Source of the DNA: Mantamonas sphyraenae STR306
Taxonomy: Eukaryota; Protista; CRuMs
Reading direction: 5' to 3'
Assembly (NCBI GenBank): GCA_026936335.1
Contig: JAPMXV010000067.1
Span: 124,001 to 188,000, forward strand
DNA length: 64,000 bases
Below are positions 21,991 through 33,623 of the stretch, piece after piece (position 1 is the stretch's first letter; the number at the start of each line of letters is the position of its first letter). The notes under the pieces were generated by a model. It saw only the letters and a program-made list of their open reading frames with translations, ran no database searches and was not told where the DNA came from. The position numbers and the translations under genes were made by a program.

Positions 21991-24900
21991 TCACAATCCC
22001 GTCTCCACCTTCCACATCTTCACCAGGCGATCATTGCCTCCAGTCACCATCAGTCCGTGTGCACTGTTGACACAAACACAGTTGGCACTGCCCGAGTGGG
22101 CTGTAAAACGCTCGACGAGAGAGCAGTCTTGGGCTTTCCACCGCGCCACGCTCCCATCCTTGCCTGTGCTCACCACATCCTCTGCGTTGTACGAACACAG
22201 TCCCGTCACCCAGTTGCTGTGTGCTCGCTCGATCACATCCACACTGCCTGCCTCCGTTCCCATCGTCCACCGCTTGATCGTCTTGTCTCGCGACCCGCTG
22301 AACAAGTACGCATCCCCATGCACACACAGCGCATTCACTCCATCGTAGTGCAGAGCACTCAGCGTCGCCTGGTACTCCAGCGACTCACGTTCGTACATGT
22401 TCACCGTGTGATCCCGCGAACCGCTAAACAGCCGCTCCTTCGACCCTGCCAGTGCAAACACAGAGCCCTTGTGGCCATGCAGCCCCGTCAGGATGCGAAT
22501 CGATCGGAATGTCTTCAGGTCCCACACCTTGATTGTCGAGTTGTCCAGTCCTGCGGCAAGCCGATCGCCCATCACCATGACACTGTGCACCTCCGACCCG
22601 GCTGCCAGCGACTTGATGCACAGGCCACTGTCCACATCCCACACCTTGACGCTCTTGTCCTGCGAGCCACTCAACAGCAGCGACCGTCCTGTGTGCATCG
22701 TCACGTCCCGCACAAACCCGTGGTGCCCACTGAGGTCAACCACCGCTCCGCCCGTTTCCACATCCCACACCTTGACCGTTGTGTCCTGTGATGCGCTAAA
22801 TACATGTTCTTCGTGGCTGTACACTGCGTACACAAAGCCGTGGTGGCCCGACAACGTTATCACCGGCTCCACCTGCAGTTGGTCCTCCCCATCGTTCTCC
22901 GTCGACCCATCCTCCCCTTTGTTATGGCCACCGGCCCCCTCGTCATCTTCACCTGCACTCTTGCCACCTCCGCCACCACTGCTGCTGGCGCTGCTGCTGC
23001 TCATCCCTGCATCTGTGACACGCGTGCTCAGCTGCAGCCTCGAAAACACATCCATGGTCGAACTGCTACGTCGCCGTTCCTCGCTTGCAGCTCCCGTTAC
23101 ACTGTTGCTGTTGCTGCCATGTCCCTGCGAAGCAGCAGTCACCAAACCGCCGCTCAGGCGACGCCCACTTGTGTACGGAGAGCGAGTCGATTCACGTGGC
23201 AAGCTAATGGTTGGACTGGGCGTGCGGCTGTGATTGCGTCCACTCGGGGCGGGCGGGGGCGTCTGTTGCTGCTCTTTGGTTGCTTTGGTCCCTACACCAG
23301 CCACCAGGCCATCGCCTTGGTCGTTCATCACACCGTACAGGGAACGTCTCGTGAGGTGCGGGCTTGGACTGCTGGTGCGTTCATCGCCATTCAACACGGT
23401 ACCCGTTGCATGGGCGCTGATGACACCTCCGCTGTTGCTGCGTTGCGCTTGCAGTTGCGGCAGAAGAAGGCGTCCCTCCTCGCTTCGGCTCTCCAGCGCA
23501 AGCGTCAACTTGTGGATCTGTGTCTCGTACGAGCTCACTTGCCGCAGAGCCTCCGCATAGCGTTGCTCCTGTGCCCGCACACGCGACTGCAGCTCCTCTG
23601 CAAGTTGCGTGTAGTACCGCTCGCGTTCGCTCAACACGCCGATTTGCTCCTCACGCATCACCAGTGTTAATCGCAGGCGCTCCACCTCCTCGTCATCGTG
23701 CGTTTCACGCAACTCTGTCCCGTCGCTGCTGTTGGATGCGTCGGATGCATTGTTCCCTGCACTGCGTTCCTTCTGTTCCAGTTTCTCCAGCTGGTCAAAG
23801 AGAAACAACACCTCCACCTCGTGCTGTCGTCTTGCCTCTGTCAGTTGTCTCTGGTGATCCATCTTCATCACCTCAACACTCTTTTCCAGTCGCTTGGCCT
23901 CCTCCAAGCGCAACTTTTGTTCCTCGATGCGCCTTCGGTACGTGCTTTCCTTCTCTCTCGTGTCGATGATGGTTATGAGTGCGTGTCGCAACATCGCACG
24001 TGCCTGTTGCTCGTCCAGCCCTGCAACCTTGCCCTCGTCCGCAACCGCGTCGGTGGCTTCAATCAGCTCGTTTGACGCTTGCTCGATGGCGTCGCTCACG
24101 TACTCCATGTTCTCCCCCAGTGTTTCCATCTCTTCGTTCAGCGTCTCCAACTGCATGCAAACTTCCGCGTACTCTGGTCCATCCGTCAGCTTCTGCATGT
24201 TCAACTCCACACGAATCTCTTCCTTCTCCGCACGCTCTTTCCGCAGTGCCTCCATTGCAACCGCCATCTTTTCTCGCTTGCCGAGCTGCACTTCCAGTCG
24301 CTCTGCTGCTGCGCGTTTGCGAAGGTGTACACGCACCTGCGTGTCCAGCCACGACCGTACAAACTTGCTGTCCTTCAGCCTACCTCCGCCGTTGCCACTT
24401 TTCCCGCTTCCTCCACCGCTGCTCCCTTTGCGTCGCTCCCGCTTCGGTAGCAGTGATCCATCCTCCTCCGCCGCGCTTGCCGTGCTCCCACGACGCGATC
24501 CGCTGCTGCTCCCCACACCCGTGCGTCTCGATGCGCTGCGAGGCCGTAGCTTTGGACTGCCTCCCATGCTGCCTCTCCTCCGAGGTGTGGAGTACGGCGA
24601 CGACCCTGGCGAACCACCCAATCCCGTGCCGCTCCCTCCGCCGCTTGTGACACCTCCGCCTCCCCCTGCGCCTCCGCTCCCGCTCACAATCTTGAGCTTC
24701 TGCCTCAAGCTCACAATCTCCTCCATACGCCTCTTCAGCATCTGTTCCTGCTTCTGCTTGTGTGCCTTCAGCTTGCTGATCACCCTCTCGCTGCGTCGTT
24801 GTGCAGTACGCAAACTCGCCATCTCCTTGTCTGCGTTTCGCCGCAGTTTTGCGTACTGCTTTGCTTCGCGGCTCGCTTTCTTGGCCAGATCGGCCTTCCG

Positions 24901-27721
24901 CCGCTTCAACATGCCAATCTCCTCTTCCAGCTTTGCCGTGCGCCCTTCGGCCTCCTTGCGCATCAGCATCAGTCGCTGGTGGCTCTCCTGCTGCTTTGTC
25001 AACATCTTGAGCTTGCGTTTCAGAGCACCCAGTTGCACTTCATACCTGCTCCGAATGCGTTCCCGTTCCAGCTCCGTGACCTCCTTCTGGGACATCATGA
25101 GCTGCTGCAGTCGCTCTCGCTCCTCTTCTATCTTCTTCAACTCCTCCTTCAGTCGCATCATCTTGTCTTCGTAGCGTACGCGCAACGCTTCGAATTGGTC
25201 GTTCGACCGTTGCATCTCCACCAACAAGCCCTGCTTCGACTCGAGGTTTGCGTCCAGTTGCACCATGATCTGGTCTGCGCTGTCGTTGTCAAACGCATCG
25301 CTTGCTTCTTCGTCCATGTCGTCCTCCTCGTCGCTGGTCAGCACATCCTCCGTTTCTGTTTCCGTCTCCGCCTCGCTGCTCGAATCCAGCACACTTCTCA
25401 CTTCGTCGTCATATGTCATCGATGTGCTACTTCCAGTCACCACCTCGTCGTCCGCACTCGACGAAGAGTCGCTGCTCGTGCTTCGTTGCAGCGTTTTGTT
25501 CTTGCCCTTGGTCTTGGACTTGCCTCGCGACGATTTGCCCGTGTCGCGCATGCTCTGACCGCCTGAACTTTCGCCTGTGGATGTGCTTTCCACAACGCCA
25601 TCGTTCCAGGCTGTGCGACGGCGTTGTGTCTCGTTGTCGTCTCCTTCCCTTGTTTGGCTGTTGCTGCTGCTCGGACTGGGGGTGTAGTACGCGGCTGTGG
25701 CATGTCGCCCGCGTTGCAACATCTCCACACGCTCCATGGCCGCTTGACAGCGCTCATGCAGCAGGGTGATGGTGGCAATGTGTCTCTGGATCACCGGGTA
25801 GCGTGTGTCATGTTCCAGTAACCTGGCAGCCACTGTTTTGTCCTCGCCTACACCTGCATTGACTCCAGGCAGCATCGAAAGCGCTTCCAGCTCGTCGCGT
25901 CGGTCCTCCAGAGTCAGCTCGAGGAAATCGCTGCGTGCTTGTAGGTTCATGATCATGTTGCGCTGCTGGCCAATGGTGGCGCGGTGCTTGGACACCTCGG
26001 CCATCAAGAGCGTGTTTTCGTAGTTGCTGCGTTCCAATTCCCCTTGCAGCTTGGCCAGCTCCTCTCTATGTACACTCTCCAGGGCTGGCAACCCCTCTGC
26101 GGCCAGGGCCGCGGCCTTTGACGACGACGCCGCTCGCTCCTGGCCCATGGCAGCCACAACATCGTCTTCAGACACCTCTTCGCCACGCGCACGTGCTAGC
26201 TCCATGGTCAGTTGCACCACCTGCTGCCTGAGCTGACGCATCTCCAGCGCAACGGGGTCGATGTTCACCAGGGGCTTATTCTTGATGTTGCGTGCACGGT
26301 CTGCGTACTTGAGTGTGTTCAGCGTCTCCTCAAAGTTTGTGTCTGCGGGAGAGACACAGGCAATGATGAGTGTGCTGGAGTTGCCTCCCAGAGACTCTTG
26401 CAGCAACCGCGTCAGCTTGCTGTCGCGGTAGGGCACGTGTTTGGGCCTGTTGACCAGCTGTGTGTTGCCCAGCGCAGAGATGACGTTGCCCAAAGCCAAC
26501 AGACCGCTGTTGATGGCAATCCCCTCCTTCATGCGCTGGCCCTCAGACCCGGTCTTTTTCACCCGTTCCGACCCAGCAAGGTCCACAAAGTTGAAGTGAG
26601 AGGTCATGCGTTGCAGGGCAGCCTCGGTTTCACTCTCTCCCCTTGGTGTCTGTTCAATGACCACCGTAAAGATGGCGTGCGATCGCGACGACGTGGGATT
26701 CATCAGCGTCTCGGCCGTGGCACGGTACAACGATCCGTTCACCAGCGCCGCCACAAGGTCCTCCTTGCCTCGCACGGGCACATACGTCAGATTGGGGATG
26801 AACACGCGTCCTTGCGTGTCCTCACGGATCTGCAGCGATCGACCACTGCTGCTGCCGCTTCCTTCGCTGTTGCTATTGCTGCTGCTGCTGCTGCTGCTGC
26901 TTCCTCCGCCTGCCTGCCCACGCCCTCGAGTGACGTTCACCAGCATGTCCCTCAGCTCTTCGTTGTACAATTCCACAAAGGAAGCTTTGAGCACAAAGTC
27001 TGTGTCTGGGCGAGCCTCCATCTCAGCAAAGAGCTGTTCGATGATGCGCGGGATGATCCCTTTGCCCTCTGCGCCCGTCACCATGGACTCTGAGCTGCTG
27101 CCCATGGTGTATGTTTTGCCTGAACCCGTCTGTCCGTACGCCAGAATGGTTGCATTGTATCCCTCAAACACACTGCGTGAAGGGCGTCGGTGTATGCGTC
27201 AGCAGAAGGTCAGCCGCCCAAACGCTCACCTCCTCCAGCGTCAACCGGCACCCGGGGGGATGACACAGGCACGTGTGAAAGCCAGAGAGACATCCCAAGG
27301 GATCATTGTGCAACTTACGTATCGACAAGCGGGGTCACGGCAGTTTCGTACACCTGCTGTTGCGTGGAAGCGGTGTCAAACACATAGTCGTAGGTGAAGG
27401 CGCGGCGGTTGTTGCCCAGAATGACCTGGGGCTCGCCCTGTACATGAGTCAGGCACTCCTTGCTCTGCTCCAACTGTGCGACCATGCGTGTGGAGTGTAT
27501 GTGTGCCATTGCATGTGCCCAGCGAGCATGGAAGTCCGCCACAATGCGTCAGTTGTGACCAGGAGATTCTGGCGACGGCCGCACCTCCTCCTGCACCGTC
27601 CCCAAACACCAACACACTCTCTCTCACACACCCACACACGTACCCTCTCCTTTGTGTTGAGTGGTCGCACCCGTAGGGCCACCCTCACAGGAAGGGTGTC
27701 ATCCGTGGATGGGGCCGACAT
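21991..27721 (-). CDS. KIF21-like kinesin-4: motor domain, long coiled coil, C-terminal WD40 propeller; introns 27474-27643 and 27173-27318
   Basis: VRVALRVRPL, FTYDYVF, YGQTGSGKT, NPTSSRSHAIF, FVDLAGSER, HVPYRDSKLTRLLQESLGGNS and GH..WD repeats. Both introns are phase-compatible. Confidence 0.93.
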
Positions 27722-27909
27722 TGCACGCCCCGGCGCGTTCAGATGCTCAGTTCGCTGCCCCTGTCCTCCGACCCGGCAATCCAACGCAATGTGGCGCCTC
27801 CCATGTCCTACCTGGCATCATTGCCATGCCCCATTCCACTGTGCCCACGAATCCATTCATGGTGGAGGGAAGGGCAGGGTGCGCGCGAGGAGGCAGCGAA
27901 ATCGGACGA

Positions 27910-30900
27910 ATGAGCGGCTGTGGTGCACATCGAATGCCATGGACGGCGTTGGTGGTCTGGATCGCCGTGTTGGCATGCAGCGTGGCTCCGATGTTGGTAA
28001 TGGCTGCTGAGGAGAGCCACCACGGGGACAAGAAGGCAGCGGATAGCGAGCTGGACGACAACTCGGTGCTCCATCGTACCACCGTCCTGGTTGTCCTCAC
28101 TGCACTCGTGGCCATCACCATGTTCTTTGACGCCATGAAGGACAAGATCAACGAGGTACCCAGCTTGTGCCTTTGCCCTTTTGTTCTCCTTCCTCCTCCC
28201 CCTTTCTCGACCCCCGTCTGGTCCGGGTGCTGACTCCGAATCGCGTTTGTTCCCCCTTCCCTCGACACCGCCCGCAGCTTGCCCATGGCGTGTTTGAAGT
28301 TGTTGTAGACTCGTTGTGGGAAGGTATGTGTGCATGCAAAGGCACCTGCACTGCCTCGAGACCTACCGAGGCGTGGCCTGGTCCGTGGGCGGTGTTGGCT
28401 GACACTTGCGGTTTGCCCCGGTCACGCATCACACGCAGAAATGACTGTGCTTGGCTTTGTGGGTCTCGTCTCCTTCCTGCTGGTGCGCACCGAAGTGCTG
28501 ACCAGCTTCTCTGAGCAACAGTTTGGTGACGTGAGTGTTCTCCCGCCTGCGTCTGCCAAGGCGTGGGCATTTTGTTCGTTGTTCGTTTCCACCGCTCAAC
28601 CTTCTGACACGCCTCGTTTACAACGCCCACAGGCGGAATATCTGCCAGAGATGCTCGAGACCATGCACATGCTCTTGTTTCTCGTCATGGTCATCTTTAT
28701 CAGCCAGGTGAGTGTTGTTTGTGGCTCTGCGCGTGTGCAATCCGAGGGTGTCTCGTGGTTCCCGGTCGCTGCTCACACATCTCGGCTCTCCATTTCAGGC
28801 CCTCTTCCTCGTCCGCGTCGGCCAGCTTGTCGAGAAGCGCTGGAAGCGCTATGAGCGACGCTCTGCAGAGATTTGTACGTTTGTTGTGCGTCCATGTGCT
28901 GTCTGCAGTGTCTCTATGCCCATGAGCCACGTGGTTTTCTGGGTGCCACCCAGACGATTGCCGCGCGTGAATCGTCGCTGTGTTGCTGACGCGGGTGCCC
29001 CTACCACCTCCCTCCCGTCCTCCACACCCAAACGCACACACTCTCTCTCTCTCCACACACACACCCACACACAGACGAGGTGCGTGCCGAGTATGAGGAT
29101 GCGCTGGAGTACACCACCGAGTGGCCGCTGGTGGGGCGATTCTTCACCCGCTTGATCTCCGACCTCTCCGACCTCGAGCGTGAGCTGGAGTACAATGTGC
29201 TGCGCCAGCGCTTTGTCAAGGACAAGGACCCGCGCGTCACCGACCGATTCAACTTTTCGTATGTTGCGCGCCTGCGTTGGGGGGGAGGGGTTGGGGTGAA
29301 GGCACTCACACACACACACTCACACTCACTCTCTCTCTCTCTCACACACACACACACGGCACAGATTGTACCTGTCCACCATTCTGGGTCACCAGTTGGG
29401 CCGCATTGTGGACACGGACAACACAACGTACATTGCGGTGGAGTTGCTGTTTGTGTGCATCTACTTTGCCACGGATCTGCCGCAGGACGTGCAGCTGTGG
29501 CTGCTCATTTTGTTTGCGTACATGCTGGTGATTGTGTTTGAGATGCTGCACCACAAGAACAGGCGCATCCTGACCGAACTCAAACCCTCCACGGTGAAGA
29601 TCCACACGGACAACTCGAGCATCAACGCAGACGACTCGGCGCCCACAAACACACTCTTTCTGCAACACGAGGTGTCTCTGGACACACCTCCCGTGCACTC
29701 GCGTCCCATCCGTCCGCGCAGCAAGCTGTCGCAGTGGCTACTGGGACCGCCGCCGAACAAACACCTCAGCTTGTTCTGGTTTGACCACAAAGGCCCCGGA
29801 TTCATTTTCGGCGCCGTGCAGACGGTGCTCCTGTTTGTAGCACTCTACATCGCCCTCATGTCCTACCAGTTCATTGGGCTTGCGTTCAGCCAGTACAGCA
29901 CGGGCATGTTTGTGCTGATTGTCCTGCTGTCCCTGGTGCCCTGCGCCTGGCTCGCCATGCGCTACCCGGACATCATGGAACACTACGTGATCAACACAAG
30001 TATCGAGATGCTCAAGAACAAAAAGGTGATCAACAACGTGGTGCGTCACCAGAAGGCTGGCAAGAGTGTGCGCGCTCTGAAGATTCTCCAGCTGCTCAGT
30101 GTCCAGTCGACCATCCACGAACTCGTCGAGGGCAACCTGGCCAACCTGGCCGAGGAGCGTATCAATGCGGAGGAGCAGAAGCGTGATCGCAGCATGAGCT
30201 CTGTGTTTGGCGGCGGCTACCTGCGCAAGAACCTGAAGAACGCGCGTTCGCGACGCAACACGGTGTGGTCGCAGAGCAGCGGAGGCAACGGGTCGTCCGA
30301 TGGAGGCGAGAGTGCAGGCGGCAGTGCACGCAGTTCTCCCAATCCACAGCGCGCTCAGGGAGCTGACCAAGTGGATTTGGAAAAAGCCATGCTGCTGGAT
30401 GGCCAGGGGAATGGCGACAACGGGAGCGGCAGCGGGGCTGCAGCTGGAGGCTACGGTGCCTTGGACGAGGAGGGCGGAGACGGGGCACAGGATGCGTCGC
30501 CGATGAACAGCGGACGCATGAGCAAGCGCAAGGTGATGAAAAAGTTTCATGTGCCCGCAGAGAGGGTGGTGGAGTACGCAGACATGTTCAAGGTGTTTGA
30601 CCAGGACGGCTCGGGTTCAATCACCAGCGAGGAGTTGCACTCGATCACACTGATCATGGGCACGGAGATGGACCGTGACGTGATCGACCGTCTCGTGGAA
30701 ACGTTTGACCACGACGGCTCGGGTGAAATCGAGTTTGAAGAGTTTTGCCAACTCATGTGGGTGCTGCACCAGAAGATGCACGTGCTACACAGCGAAGACC
30801 AGATCAAGAGCATGTTCCACATGTTTGACAAGGACGGCAACGGCGTCATCAGCATCGACGAGTTCCGCAACGCCCTCCAATACCTGGGTGCCAAGCTCGA

Positions 30901-31006
30901 GGTCGACGAACTCGAGGATCTCATCAAAGAGGTGGATGAGAACGGCGACGGCGAAGTCGATGTCGAGGAGTTTGCCGAGCTCATCCACAAGCACGCCGAA
31001 TTTTGA
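27910..31006 (+). CDS. MLO-family 7TM protein fused to a calmodulin-like 4-EF-hand C-terminus; introns 28156-28277, 28324-28438, 28531-28632, 28708-28798, 28875-29074, 29259-29364
   Basis: The spliced product contains MLO-type motifs EEMTVLGFVGL, MHMLLFL, RWKRYE, RFNFSLYL..LGRIV and LFWFDHKGP. EF loops DQDGSGSITSEE, DHDGSGEIEFEE, DKDGNGVISIDE, DENGDGEVDVEE. Confidence 0.8.
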
Positions 31007-31156
31007 GCTGGGAGCCATTCCTCCCAAGACACACACACTTCATGAAATTAACCCCTCCCATGTCCTATCGCTGGTGCGTTGTTGTTGTTCCACATCACTC
31101 GTCATCCGTCATCTGCTGTGCTGCGCCATCGCAGCCATCGAAAAGAAAGTAGGAGC

Positions 31157-32125
31157 ATGGAAATCGGCCGAGTTGGCGAGCAGGGTGAGGCTTCATTTGT
31201 GCCATTCGGCTCAGAGGAGGAGGTGCGTGTGTGGTTGGCGGAGGGAGAAGGGCGTAGCAAACAGTTATGTGTGCGAGTAGGCAACGATGTGAAACCTGTG
31301 AGCGTGGCACAGCTTGTGGGAGAGCTGTTCTTTGGCGGGAGCAGCAACGAGATGCTGAGCAAGGGGGTGGCATTAGCGCGAGAGGCGGAACAGCTGAGCA
31401 CGGGAGAAGGGGCACACGTGGAATTTGACTCGGTTTCATTTGTGCAGAAGCTGGAAACGGGCCAAATCAAGCAGGCCAACGAGTTTACCATTGGCGTGTT
31501 TTCGGGCGCCCCCTGCGTGGGAAAGTCGGCTCTGATCAGCCAGTTTGTGAGGAAGCGGGTGGATGAAAGTTACGAGCCTACTTGCGGCGACAATAGCAGC
31601 CGCACTGTGGCGGAGGTGTACAACAAGGCGTTTGTTCTCAACGTGGTTGAGTTTGGCGCGCAGGAGTTTTACAGGGACGAACTGTGGCAATGTTTGGGCG
31701 ATTATTCCTTTGACGGACTCATGTTTGTCTTTTCCGTCGACGACGACAAGTCCCTGGACACGCTGAAGGACTTTGTGCCGCAATTGGCCGAGGTGTTGCA
31801 CCCTCCCAAGGCGCACTCGTCCTCTTCCTCCTCCGGTGGCATCCACACACAGGAAAGTACCTCTTCGGGGTCATCGGTGGGTTCAAACACAGACCTGATG
31901 CTGCCGCCAAGCGTGCTGGTGGCCAACAAGTTTGATTTGGTGAACGACTCTTGGAAGCCGGCCGCCGCACGAAGCCTACAGCGCACCCTCAACATGGAGG
32001 CTCTGCTCAAAACCAATTCCATGGAGCACAAGACTGTGGAAGATGCCTTTAAGATTCTCGTTCAAGCCATCTCGCTGGCCAAAGCGCGCAGCGGATCCAC
32101 CAGCACAGCTTCGTCGTCCAGGTGA
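31157..32125 (+). CDS. Atypical Ras-superfamily small GTPase with N-terminal extension
   Basis: G1 GAPCVGKS, G2 YEPT, altered G3 EFGAQE, G4 NKFD, plus DGLMFVFSVDD. No CAAX motif. Confidence 0.78.
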   Translation: MEIGRVGEQGEASFVPFGSEEEVRVWLAEGEGRSKQLCVRVGNDVKPVSVAQLVGELFFGGSSNEMLSKGVALAREAEQLSTGEGAHVEFDSVSFVQKLETGQIKQANEFTIGVFSGAPCVGKSALISQFVRKRVDESYEPTCGDNSSRTVAEVYNKAFVLNVVEFGAQEFYRDELWQCLGDYSFDGLMFVFSVDDDKSLDTLKDFVPQLAEVLHPPKAHSSSSSSGGIHTQESTSSGSSVGSNTDLMLPPSVLVANKFDLVNDSWKPAAARSLQRTLNMEALLKTNSMEHKTVEDAFKILVQAISLAKARSGSTSTASSSR

Positions 32126-32257
32126 CGACGGTGATGGAGGGGAGAAATGGCCAAGCGAGAAGGAACTGGATTTGGGTGCTCTTCAATGGAAATGTTCGGG
32201 CATGCCATGCGCCACCAGCCGCAGTGCAAGTTGTGGGTTTTTTCGCAAACGAAAAAC

Positions 32258-33052
32258 ATGCTGCGACGGTCGACTTTGGAGGAAGTGCCGATTGCTCCAC
32301 GGAAAAGCTTCTTCTTGGACATTCTGTTGCTAATTGTGCTGTTCTGTTTTGGCATTGTGACGTTCTTTGTGGGGCTTGTCACGGACTCGGCCGTGCCGCA
32401 GTACGTGGGCAAGCCCATTGCGACGGGTAGCATTTTCTTTCTCATCCACATCCTGAAAGATGACCAGAACAGGGAGCACGCACAGTGGCTGCAAGTGGGT
32501 GTGTTCTGCTCGACTATTGGGGACGTTTGTCTCATGCTACCCAACACACCCGCTCGCTTCTTCGCCGGCATGGCCTTCTTCCTGCTTGCTTTGCTGGCCT
32601 ACATTGCCGGCTTTTCGGTGGGCCATGGAATCGCACTGAAAGTCTGGCTGGCGCTGCCGTGGCTTGCGCTTCCGGTGGCGCTCATCTTCACCCTCTTCCT
32701 CCCCGAGCTGCACCACACCTGGGAACTGGTGGTGTTTCTGTTCTACGCCGTCGTGGAAGGTGCATTCATCTGGCGTGCCAACGCTCGCTTTGGTTTCGAG
32801 CCGCAATCGGGTCTGTACTTTACGTGGCGGAACATCGCCCTTAACAGGGCTGGAGCCCTTCTCCACCTTGTGCCAACGCTCGGCGCGCTGGTGCTGGCCT
32901 TTTCCAACGCCATGGCTGCGTACCTGTGGTTGCGTACTTGGCCACAAGGCAGTGTGGAGCACCTGACTGTGATGACCACGTACTGGCTGGGCCAGCTGCT
33001 GGTGGCCAGCAGTGTGCCGATTTCTCGTTTTGACGCAAACACCTTTTTGTGA
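32258..33052 (+). CDS. YhhN/TMEM86 (lysoplasmalogenase-like) membrane protein; start may be 32147
   Basis: STIGDVCLML..FFAGMAFFLLA..YI, GALVLAFSN and VMTTYWLGQLLVA, with about 8 TM helices. Confidence 0.78.
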   Translation: MLRRSTLEEVPIAPRKSFFLDILLLIVLFCFGIVTFFVGLVTDSAVPQYVGKPIATGSIFFLIHILKDDQNREHAQWLQVGVFCSTIGDVCLMLPNTPARFFAGMAFFLLALLAYIAGFSVGHGIALKVWLALPWLALPVALIFTLFLPELHHTWELVVFLFYAVVEGAFIWRANARFGFEPQSGLYFTWRNIALNRAGALLHLVPTLGALVLAFSNAMAAYLWLRTWPQGSVEHLTVMTTYWLGQLLVASSVPISRFDANTFL

Positions 33053-33623
33053 GTTTGCCACTGCCATGCGTGTTTCTGCCATCCACATACTGCGCACATG
33101 CAACTCACACACTCTCTTACGCAATTTCACGCATGGAAACACGTTGAAAACACAGCGAAACACGAGAGGATGCCCTGTCGATCTCTGAGCGAACTCCAAT
33201 CCGCTTCTTCCCGTCGTCGCAGGGGACGCATGGGGCTGCGGAAGCGCGTAAAGAGCCTCATGGTGTGCGCACGGGGGGCTGATGAGAGACGGACGGACGG
33301 TTCCCTGTGAAATCCATCAGGGAGTGTGGCGCGGGAAAGGGCAGAACTGCTCTCTCGTCCATCGGGCAGTGCCAACTTCAACAGTGCACACGGACTGATG
33401 GTGACTGGAGGCAATGATCGCCTGGTGAAGATGTGGAAGGTGGAGACCGGATCGTGAGGATCGAACACAGTCGCGTGTGAGTGAGTGAGGAGTGAATGAG
33501 TGAATGAGTGAAGGGAATGTGTGTGCGAATGGATCATGTTGTTTCCATTGTGCTTGTGAGCTTGCGTGCTTGTGTCTGTGTGGGCGCCTCTTTGCGGGTG
33601 CGTGTGTAGGCTGACGCACGCTC

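Larger units (their letters stand above)
19805..22717 (+). repeat. Source arm of the inverted segmental duplication (homologous, reverse-complemented, to the array units)
   Basis: Homology to the array starts at GGTTGTGCGCCAG just after the F-box B stop codon and ends at ..CACAAAC (22717) inside the kinesin WD40 region. Confidence 0.88.
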
